The notes beneath the pieces were generated by a model. That model was not told the DNA's origin and ran no database searches. It saw only the letters and a list, made by a program, of their open reading frames with translations. A stretch of 62,267 nucleotides of DNA, filler included, from Sphacelaria rigidula (taxonomy: Eukaryota): assembly GCA_964200075.2 (NCBI GenBank). It is 5 parts of 5 records of this genome, joined end to end, with 100 filler letters (N's around TTAATTAATTAA, not from the genome) between each part and the next. Parts side by side here need not be neighbours in the genome. Positions count along the whole stretch, not along the records: positions 49,896 to 62,267 come from CAXNAA020003844.1; 4 more parts are not named here. One strand, 5' to 3'. The first letter of the stretch is position 1. Every line of letters begins with the position of its first letter. Below, one piece after another: positions 52,817 to 62,267 of the stretch. The position numbers were made by a program, and so were the translations under genes.

Positions 52817-53015
52817 TGTAATGCGTGAGAGGACCCCGTGCTTAGAGGACCGCGCCGTAGTTCAAAACACCTCAGGATTGATGTTTTTCAAAACCAGTCG
52901 GGCCAGTCCCTGCAGGTACCACGCCCCTGACCCTAACCCTAACCCTAACCCTAACCATGGGGATGTTCAAATTCCGATGCGGTCCTCTAAGCACGCGGTC
53001 CTCTCACGCATTACA
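52817..53015 (+). mobile_element. TGT...ACA MITE with internal (CCCTAA)n and 5-bp TSD (Ginger-like)
   Basis: About 37-bp TIR TGTAATGCGTGAGAGGACCCCGTGCTTAGAGGACCGC; GTGAG duplicated on both flanks. Confidence 0.8.
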
Positions 53016-53874
53016 GTGAGGCCCACTTGCGGCTGCAGCAGGTGAAAAAGTAAACATGGTGTTCACGTACGTTAAGCCAGGCTGTAGAATCTGGTTCAAC
53101 CCAACGTTTGTCGCCCCAGCTACAATATTGTACTACATCTGCAGTGGTTGCTTAGCTATAGTATCCTACTGTACTCAGCCATGTCGGCGCAGTATCTTCC
53201 TAAAAATACCAAGTGTTGCCTTCCCTCAAAGGTAGGCCAAATATAATATGTATCAAACAGACCACACGATTCAAGATTACGTTGAACCGTCACAAGTCGT
53301 ACCGCAATTTATTCTAGAGCGGAAATTCACACACACAAGGTATGGCCTGCGTTGCCTTCATTTGCAAATTATTCACCCCCTGAGATTTTCCAAATACCCA
53401 GCAAATCTGTCGGGACCTTCAAACTATGGTGGGCTCCGAGTGACCAGGTGTGCTTGCACTGGAGTGATCGATTTAGTGATTGGTGGTGAGACACTGACAG
53501 GACGTCGTCACAAGAGAGACGTACCCAGGAAAACATATAGAAACAGTCGCAAAGAGGCACTCGAGACATGGAAAATGTACGAGTATAGAAACAAAAGGAG
53601 CGAACAGAGCGAATCCAGAAAGATAAGGAACATACGGGAAGGAAAAACAAGAGATTAGACTATAAACAACGGAAAGCATTTGACTACAGCAAGAACGACA
53701 CCACGTTAAGACCGATGGTGCCGGCCGGAGAGAAAATCGTCGACACGTTAAGACCGATGGTGCCACGTCATGTCCGTGAAGAAGGCCGTGGTGAAAACAA
53801 CTGACTTGATGGTCAGCACTGTCATCATCATCGAATGCACTGATAAAGATGTTGCGTTCGTTTTCATGCGTCAG

Positions 53875-53994
53875 GTGGCGAAGTATGGCGCCAAGCCCGA
53901 TTTGGTGTCTCTGTACTCCAGGGCGGCTGTCAAAGCGTTCGAGCCCTCGGGAACGACTACCGGAGAGGTGTCCTACGAGACCTCACTCGCTCAG
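53875..53994 (+). CDS. FAD-linked sugar-lactone oxidase exon
   Basis: GCGTCAG|GTG ... CAG|GTGTGT; VAKYGAKPDLVSLYSRAAVKAFEPSGTTTGEVSYETSLAQ; phase 0/0. Confidence 0.75.
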
Positions 53995-54979
53995 GTGTGT
54001 ATACTCAATTCTACACAAGATCACATATGCGACGCCTGGTACTTCAACATGTCTTCAACGAAAATGCGACGCCTTCTCCTCCCAAACCCTAACCCTGATT
54101 CCAAGGGGACCATACTGCTGTGGCATTTTGAAGTGCGCTACATTATCTAGCGCGTGCTACAGGCACCTTTCATCGGAACAGTCCACTGGCCCCTTGAGGT
54201 TCCGCTGGCATCCATCCCCCAGTGGCATTTCAAGGAGGATCCATTGTCACATTTCACCCCCCGCAGATGCCACCGTTAAGCACCAGTGAATCGGCCCACG
54301 GGAACGTCCGAGGTGTGCTGTGAAATGTCCCACCGACAGCTACCCTGGACTGAGAGGGGACGTCGAAAGCCGAGCTGCGTTGAAACTAGTATTAATGTAA
54401 ACGAATTGGCACCGTCATCCCACTATGATGAAGTGTAACCGGAATTGACAAGAAACCACGGGTTACAATACCCAGGGGAGGGGGAGGGGGGGGAGGGGGG
54501 TGAAAGTTCAAGTTGAAGAAACTGTCATCATCTGTGTGAGGCTACGTAGTGCTTACTGTTACGAGCTGTCGTGGTGCCGGGGGGCAGGTATTTACGCTGC
54601 TTCGAAGAGGTCGGCAACAGTTTTTCACGAGCCGGAGGGATGAATCTGACGTTGATTGAAATTGCATGCGACATGGGCGCCGTTGTGTTCGATGAGAAAT
54701 TAATGTTAGATGCCAGTCGGACGTGTCAGTGACGCCACATACCCCAGTGGTACCTCAGAGGTACCGTTGACACGCTTCACTCACACCGAGGGACCTGAGG
54801 TGCCATCGAGACGTCCCGGTGAGACATAGCACGTGCCAGTGACCAGTGAAGAGTGTCATGCACGATCATGAAACAGGGTTTCATCGAGCAACAAGATATT
54901 TGTCGTGGTTGACTCTCATGACGGGGCAAATGCCAAAATTAAGACTGAATGATCGCTCCTTCATACTTCCTTTTATCAG

Positions 54980-55065
54980 GCGATCCATTGGCAGAAGTAC
55001 ATCACAGACGGATTCCCGGTTTCTGACACAGAGGTGTGCATCAAGTGCGACCCAGACTTCACCAG
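54980..55065 (+). CDS. FAD-linked sugar-lactone oxidase exon
   Basis: TTTTATCAG|GCG ... AG|GTAAGC; AIHWQKYITDGFPVSDTEVCIKCDPDFT; phase 0 to 2 exactly bridges the neighbouring exons. Confidence 0.8.
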
Positions 55066-56608
55066 GTAAGCACCGGAGCCTTGGTGGCAGCCGACAAGAC
55101 TTTCATTTCGTTGGTTCGATTAGTTGTCGATACGGTCAGGCTATATTGCTTGGTGAATACATATAAGTGGCACCATGCAGTTTTGAGTTGATGAAGGATT
55201 GGTGCCTAAGCCTTGAGCTTAATAGCCTAGCCTAGCCTCATGGAGCATCCTCGACAATGTGCACCTATCACCCGACGCAAATAGCGATGTAATTGAACTG
55301 CGCGCGCCTTGGCGTTTGCATAATTGTACACTTATGACCACGCGTGCACATGTCACACGTGTACAGAGGGAGATACCAAGGCGCGCAATGTAGCGTCATG
55401 GTTGCCATTCGATTTACTGAAATGCATGTGACTATTATAGCGTCAAGCTAACCTTGTCTGCGATGCGAGGCGTGCCCGCAGCTCCAGCCTGTCTCTGCCG
55501 CTGCTAAATGGCTGGTTGTTGTGTTACCCCCGAAACGTGTTGAGCACTTGAAGGCGGAGGCAAAACACGTGTGTAGGTGGGGTAACATTTCAAGCGCCGC
55601 CAGCCAGCCACCAAAGAAACACGTCCCAGTTGCAACGAGCCCCTCGAAGATATCTATGCTGCTACCTTGCATATACTAGTTATAGCCATTTATCGGAAAA
55701 ATAGTTTTCTACCTCAAAAGTATCATCACGAAGCGATAATATGGTATCCGCTAGTCAACGTACGTGCCCCTGTTTTACACACTCAACTGTCTGTTACTTG
55801 AGCATTATTGAGCAATCCCAAACTTTCCATCAACATCACGATTTTTTAGAGGTATCTCAGATACGAGATCCCACTGTATTTCACAGTAATTGAAGTAAAA
55901 TATACCTGGGACCTCGAGTTTGAGGTACCCTGCTTAAGTTGAACGTATCGAAAGCGAATTGCGATTAATCCCTTAACCATCGTGGACGTTGCAGTACAGT
56001 ACGATTCCATAGCCTTTGCCCGCAAGGCTTAACGACGTTTTCGTGAGATGGAGTCTCGAGTTGATTCAGAGTGACTTTTCTTATTTGCCCTAAGTTGACC
56101 AGTTTTTCGTTTTTGTGTGTGCTTTCTTCGCCTGTAACAATGTCGTACATCTATGCTTACAGCTACACGTCGATATCCTACTCTGGAATATTGAAGGCTT
56201 CAGTGCAAGCTACTACAGAAAGCGTATAAGGCCTGAAGGGGCATTTCGGAGCTGAAGCTATTCCACTCATTACTTGACCACTTTTCACTATCAATCGTAT
56301 CCTAGACTCTTAATATCACGAAATCATTAAGGGTAGGTAATACAGGTCTTGCATACACTTTTCCAGTGAAGATGATACCAATCCAGCAGATCATCCACCC
56401 TTGACCCACCCTACTGCTCAACATTTCACCACATTTTTCAAAGCATCAACGGCCAACCGTGGAGCTGTTTGTGTGCAGATACGAGGCAAACGCAGGGAGT
56501 TGTGGTTTTGAAATCCAGAATAACCGTTGGGCTGGGGAGGTGTACCGTTCAAGTATCAAAATATTAGTAGTTCTGGGACGCAGTGGCTGCAACAGTAGCG
56601 GTAGTAGT

Positions 56609-56849
56609 TGTGATGCGTGAGAGGACCGCGTGCATAGGGGACCGCATCGGAGCTGAAAGACCCGCGTTGGGGTTAGGGTGGTGGATAAGTGTTGGGGTTA
56701 GGGTCAGGGCTGTGATCCCTACCGGGACTGGCCCGACTGGTTTTGAAAAACGTCGATCTTGAGGTGTTGTGAACTATGGTACGGTCCCCTAAGCAAGCGG
56801 TCCCCTAAGCAAGCGGTCCCCTAAGCAAGCGGTCCCCTCACGCGTTACA
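56609..56849 (-). mobile_element. Second copy of the TGT...ACA telomere-repeat MITE (inverted)
   Basis: Same TIRs, internal GGGTTAGGG motifs, three tandem copies of CGGTCCCCTAAGCAAG in one TIR. Confidence 0.75.
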
Positions 56850-56854
56850 GTAAC

Positions 56855-56855
<1 letters not shown>

Positions 56856-56918
<63 letters not shown>
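56856..56918. repeat. (GTA)n microsatellite
   Basis: About 20 perfect units directly after the MITE. Confidence 0.95.
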
Positions 56919-57285
56919 ATTGGTTTCCTCCCATGGACCCAGCCGCTGTGACATGATAGACGTACCCGAGACAAACAAAAGTGACACACTTACTCAAGAA
57001 CAAGAAGAAACAGATAGCGTGAAACAGAACAACAACAGAGAAGACCAAGAAAAAAGAAGGATAATAAATGGTACCTGTCATTGCAGAGACGCTCATTTCT
57101 CGTCCACTTGTAGTGGGGGCGGTAGGCAAAAACGTCTAAAACGAAGCGATGATGCAAGCCTCCCCATCGCCCCATCGAAAGACACCAAGAATGTCTGAAT
57201 TCTTGGTGCTTTCCGTGTGATGTGTTGATGGGGGCATCGTATCGTATGCGCATTTTCCCGGGTCGTTTTCCCTGTCAATCCTCAG

Positions 57286-57427
57286 TGCATACAAGGCTAT
57301 CCATGCCGCAATGGAGATCACCAAGAGCTTCGCTGAGCAGCAGGACACCATGCCCCTCAACGTTGCCTTGGAAATGCGTTTCACTAAGCACAGCGACAGT
57401 CCACTGTCTCCTGCTTATGGCAAAGAG
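57286..57427 (+). CDS. FAD-linked sugar-lactone oxidase exon (ALO core motif)
   Basis: CCTCAG|T ... GAG|GTGCGT; AYKAIHAAMEITKSFAEQQDTMPLNVALEMRFTKHSDSPLSPAYGKE matches the ALO-family E.RF....D..LSPAYG motif. Confidence 0.88.
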
Positions 57428-58695
57428 GTGCGTGTGTGTGTGCGCGCGCGCGCGTGTGTGTGTGTCTGTGGATTGGACTTCATCCCCTTTCGATCATTCA
57501 GTTCAAAGGTGTTCCTTGCCTTGCACGATCAATCGAGCCATGTTGATGACATGTCGCCCTTTGCGAACACATTATGACGGCTACATCTCTTTCTTTTCGC
57601 GCGCTTGGTGTAACGTTGTTCGCCACCAGCATCTGCACCGCGGAAGCAATGCCATCTCATTGTGTGGACATCTCGTACCGGAACCATCGAGATCGCTCCC
57701 TGTGGATGTATCCGGATTTCTGAAAAGCTACCCAGCGCATATTCACTGTTCCGTGTAGAAATCAGCCAGATGCTGATGAAGCAGAATGAAGAGGCATAGT
57801 TTAATAGGACGGTTCGGCAGTGGTAGAAGACATTCATTTACTGATAGACAAGGGGTATAAATCTCGTCTTCTGCATGTACTGATATTTCGAGATAGGAAG
57901 ACCTCCAATTAGGGAATATGTTCCAACATATAAAATTCATGTTCCCTGAAGAGAGTTCCAATGCGATACTTGACTCTTTACAGATATTGTTTGTGTGTCT
58001 GACGGTTCATGGAGCTAAATGGTCCATTGTCCGGTTGACATGTGTGCCGGATTTGTGGATATCCGCTGATATTTGGTGATGATACCAACAGCTCGTACCA
58101 CTGCAGAACAATGCTCACCCTCACCCTTTCGCCTTCCGGGTGGGTCATCTGTTGATTCGGTACAATTTCACATGACAAGTGGATCCAAGACCCAGATGTG
58201 TTCAAGGGGTCAACGCAACGTTTTAGTTTTTGTGTTGAGGGGAACATGAGGCTGTTTCAACCAGCAGCAGAACAGTAAGGGGAACGAGACGCAATGATAC
58301 TTCGCTGGACTGCTACCACTGGGCGCTCGTCAGCATACACACTCCCGGACATGACGTGTTTGATTGAATATTATTGAATAGGTTGCGGAATTGCTGTTTG
58401 AGGAGCCATATTTCTATGAGTTTTGCATGCGCACAGACAATAGTATTTTTAGTTTTCGCCGAGGAGGGAGAACGGCGGGGTACAGTAAAAGTGTCCTCTT
58501 CCTTCTACGTGGACTGGCACTTGCCTCATCAGCCTGATGCGTTGTGTCTTGATTCGGTTTCCGCACAGCTGCAGCATTGCTTTGCGCGGATCCGACTTTT
58601 GTTCTTCGCTCATGTTGTACAACATCGCCCGCCACTTCCGAAACTTGATGTGCTCAATCTCCATCCACATGTTTGCCTCGTGGATTTGCCGCCAG

Positions 58696-58800
58696 GGCGA
58701 TGTATTCATGTGGATAGAGGTGCTGTCTGCGGTCAACACGCCCAAGATCAAGGAGTACTCCACCGCGATCGCGGACGCGTGGCTCGCCATCACTCTCAAG
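58696..58800 (+). CDS. FAD-linked sugar-lactone oxidase exon
   Basis: GCCGCCAG|GGC ... AAG|GTGAGT; GDVFMWIEVLSAVNTPKIKEYSTAIADAWLAITLK; phase 0/0. Confidence 0.85.
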
Positions 58801-59719
58801 GTGAGTTTGTGGATCCGGTTTCTTTTCCCGCAGCGGCAAGTTCACCATATATCTGAGGGATGCTCGTTGAGCACGAACGCACCTTTTCGTGTTGCGCTCC
58901 ACTTGCCGCTCATGCCGGCGCAATGTACTTCTTGCATCGTGTCCGCGTAGCTGATGGAGAATCTGAAGATCTTCGCTGAAATGTGCACTCTCACATTCAT
59001 CGCTTCTTCGCATGCAGGACGACGTCAATCATGATCCGTCCCCCCTCAACCTTAATGCGACGATCACACGATTTCTGCAGACGATAATGAATCATGATAC
59101 TCACACGTTTTTGACTTGTAAATCGTACGGAAACATGGTTCATACAGCGCGACGACCCTTCCGCGTTTTTTTTTCTCTCACCAGTCCCATGGCATGAGTA
59201 AAACGCATACATTTTCCGCCTGTGATTTTATCATCTATACCACTCTAAATAATGGCACGGTCACGTGCTCCCCAGCCGTGATTCGTGCTGATGAATGAAA
59301 CGGACTTTTGCCCACCTGTCATGCGAACGACATGATTCACAGGTGGACATTTTGCGTTCACCAAAGGGCTACACATCGTAGAGGGGTTAGGGTTAGGGTT
59401 ACGACACAGGGGGTTCTGGACATTGTACAGGTGGTGTAGAGGGTCGCCGCCCGGGGTTCTGGCCCTTACGAGGGTCGCCAGAGAGTCTCCACCTGCGGAA
59501 GGTGTTCTGAGGACTTAGCAAAGCGTCCACCTGTGGAGAGTCAAACGCACACGTGTTCTCGCCCGCTACGACGTAAACCTTCTAGCACGATTGTCGCACA
59601 CGCCATTCCTCAGGAAGGACTTATCTTGTTCCATTTTGACAAATCTCACCACGTGCGAATCGAATGTGTATGTATACATTCACGGACCCGTACGCTCGTA
59701 AATTGTCGATCGACCGCAT

Positions 59720-60015
59720 ACCAATCCTTTCACCAGAGGAATACCATTCCTCCGCGTTGGCGTTGCTCTCTTCGTACTGTGTTCATGTACTGTCGAGGGT
59801 TGTTGGCTGATTTTTGTCGATTCTATCTTGCTTTGCATTGCATCCCATGGCAATGTTATTCTGCATCACCAATCCATTTGACCAGAGGAATACCATTCCT
59901 CCGCGTTGGCGTTGCTCTCTTCGTACTGTGTTCATGTACTGTCGAGGGTTGATGGCTGATTTTTGTCGATTCTATCTTGCTTTGCATTGCATCCCATGGC
60001 AATGTTGTTCTGCAT
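59720..60015. repeat. Near-identical tandem duplication, unit about 149 bp
   Basis: CCAGAGGAATACCATTCCTCCGCG at 59733 and 59882 with near-identical continuation. Confidence 0.9.
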
Positions 60016-60203
60016 TCATGATGCAAGGGCATGAACATCATCCTCGGGGTGGGGAGTGGGAGAGGTGTCACGCTCCAGAGCCGCATGATTGTGACTTACC
60101 CGCGCTATGGAATGGGTGTCGTTACGTAAAAAACCCCGCGCTAGTCACATGCGTATGGTGTTAGCAAAATGCTTCCCTGAAAGAAGGCCGAAATCGCACT
60201 ATT

Positions 60204-60442
60204 TGTGATGCGTGGGAGGCCCGCGTCGTGGTTCAAAACAACCCAGGATAAACGTTTTTCAAAACCAATCGAACCAGTCCCAACAGCGATCACGACCTTG
60301 ACCCTAACCCCAACACTAACCCAGCACTAACCCAACACTAACCCAACACTAACCCAACACTAACACTAACCCTAACCCTAACCATGAGGGTGTCCAAACT
60401 CCGATGCGGTCCTCTAAGTACCCGGTCCTCCTACGCGTTACA
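60204..60442 (+). mobile_element. Third copy of the TGT...ACA telomere-repeat MITE
   Basis: Same TIRs (diverged), expanded CCCTAA/CACTAACCCAA array; flanks CTATT/TTATT. Confidence 0.75.
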
Positions 60443-60679
60443 TTATTGACAAAGTCCACTAAAGCTAAGAGTAAACTGCAGCTAGAATCATGCGCAGAGT
60501 AAAGTCTTCGTTGCATGAACCAAATCGTGTGGTTTATACAAAACCGGCATTCTTTCTCATCTCCCCTTTATGATCCCTATGGCATGAACCAAGCGTCCGT
60601 TGCAACCCTAAATCGGTTTGCGTCAGGCTAACCATCCCACGAACGCCGTTCTTATTCTTTGTTGCGGATGTGTGCGCAG

Positions 60680-60859
60680 GATGGATCTCCGGCAGCCAGG
60701 CCGCACTGGGCAAAGTTCAGCGAGTCATACGTGGTGGATGCGGATGCCAAGATGAAATCGTCCTACGCTGACCGCCTTCCTCTGCTCAAAGCCTTGTCAC
60801 AAGAGTTTGATCCCGCAGGCGCCTTTGTTAACGACTACTTCGCGAAGCTCTTCGCCTGA
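60680..60859 (+). CDS. FAD-linked sugar-lactone oxidase (L-gulonolactone/D-arabinonolactone oxidase-like), terminal exon
   Basis: GCGCAG|GAT; DGSPAARPHWAKF...YADRLPLLKALSQEFDPAGAFVNDYFAKLFA*; RPHWAK and DP.G.F.N are ALO/GULO C-terminal signatures. Confidence 0.92.
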   Translation, partial: DGSPAARPHWAKFSESYVVDADAKMKSSYADRLPLLKALSQEFDPAGAFVNDYFAKLFA

Positions 60860-61754
60860 AAATGATGGACCCTTCTCGCTTCCGCCGTGTAGATGAGGAA
60901 TCAATAGCCGACTGAAGATTTGAAGCTGTGGTTTTCACTCGGGATGCGTTGCGTTCACGACACCTTGACGTCATGCAGTACTACCACTGTGAATATCAAT
61001 CCATGCAGCTGCGTTCGGCAGTGGCTTTTGTAGGACAGCTTTTATTATACATGTTGCTGCCAGATATGTAGATTCCCTGGTGTCTGACGTCTGCGCATCG
61101 AGTGTGGGGAGTGCGAAACCACAGCTGTATGTAGGTGTATGGGTATTGATGTGTTGATGCGTTGGTGTTACCGTAGGCCAATGATGTCCTTGTGTTTCCG
61201 TAGGCTAGCCATGTGCAGGTAGTTCGACCGAAGTCGGCGAATCAGAGTACGAAGTATCGCCATATCACACTTATTTATCAATGGCTGAGGAGGGATGTAC
61301 AAGTGTGCCCCACGTGCACGTGCAGATCAATATGATGTCTTGAAAAGAATTGGATGGCCGTGAAGTACCGTATGGTGTCTAGAAGATGCTCGATGAGACG
61401 GGCGAGGCACATGAACATGAACGTGCACTCCACTGCATGAATGGAGTTCATAAACTGTCCTGAGTGCTTGGTAAAGTATTGTTTCATACGTGGAGCGTGT
61501 CGAACAGCAGCTGTAGAGCTGAGCTCACAGAAAACTATCAGGAAACGAGCAACACCTCCACCAAAAGCCTGCTGAAAGCTCACGTGTTCGCACACAGTAC
61601 ATACAGTGATAGCCATGGAATAGTAGCCTGCTGCCGAACAGAGGGGGATCCAAACCCTCTCCTTCTTCAGAGTTGGGGAAAGTAGGCAGACGACATCGCT
61701 GCACTGAGTTGGAGTCCTCTGAAGATTGTCTCCTGATACTGAGATCTAGCATGA

Positions 61755-61997
61755 ATGATACTACGGTAGGGGTTCACAAAATTTCTATAAGGAGCCCTTC
61801 ATCTCATCCGAAACACGACTGATGGAATGTGTGAGAGTGCCAGGATTACTCTCCCAATGTGCTAAAATGGGGACATCCAGAATGAATTTGGAAACGGGAA
61901 TACCCTGATCCATATTCTTGTGCACCTAGATTCGTTAGGAGCCCCTGAACCAGACAAGAATTTGCGCAACAAGTGCACCCCTATACCGTAGCATTGC
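61755..61997. mobile_element. Copy of the about 250-bp MITE
   Basis: Colinear with 19782-20037, including GGAGCCCCTGAACCAGACAAGA and the TIRs. Confidence 0.75.
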
Positions 61998-62267
61998 TGG
62001 TATAAGGATGACCTTGAAGTTACTCTAAAGTAACGGTTTTACAGGGAACAGCGCGAGCAAACCTTCCCTCCGCCGGGTTTCGCGAATGAATGATGGTGGC
62101 TGGAGCCAATGGGAACGCCATTGTACTGCCCGAAGTGTTAATAAACTCGTGACTTCTGGAGAAAAAGATGTATTGTATTATTGAGACCTTGGTCCGCAGA
62201 GACGGGCCGGGAAAGTGAAGCGAACACAGTGGGCGAGCCCACATCATCTACAACCAATAAATTCTGA

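Noticed and set aside
60300-60385. True chromosome end
   Set aside because: The CCCTAA tract is short, degenerate, internal to a MITE and inside an intron.

Overview
Eukaryotic, intron-rich, repeat-dense DNA, most consistent with a brown alga (Phaeophyceae); the taxon is inferred from gene structure and a brown-algal-type 5S rRNA fragment. The window is not one locus. It is five contigs of 12375, 12374, 12373, 12373 and 12372 bp joined by identical 100-nt N/TTAATTAATTAA/N spacers, i.e. unplaced contigs sorted by length, so nothing should be linked across the gaps. Genes recovered by manual splicing: the terminal exon of an AN1 zinc-finger protein (contig 1, minus); a four-exon Pro/Thr-repeat, acidic, Cys-rich mucin-like protein (contig 2, minus); the first two exons of TRS120/TRAPPC9 separated by an 11.1-kb intron (contig 3, plus); one orphan exon (contig 4, minus); and six in-phase 3' exons of an ALO-domain FAD sugar-lactone oxidase ending in RPHWAK (contig 5, plus). 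The rest is transposon-derived: a frameshifted Ty1/copia element, Gypsy and LINE relics, two tRNA-derived SINE families, and many TIR/foldback MITEs. The most unusual observations are (i) a 1.09-kb TIR element carrying two convergent 5S-rRNA-derived segments, and (ii) a TGT...ACA MITE with 5-bp target duplications that carries telomere-type CCCTAA repeats and occurs three times in introns of one gene. Most ORFs in the supplied track are spurious.
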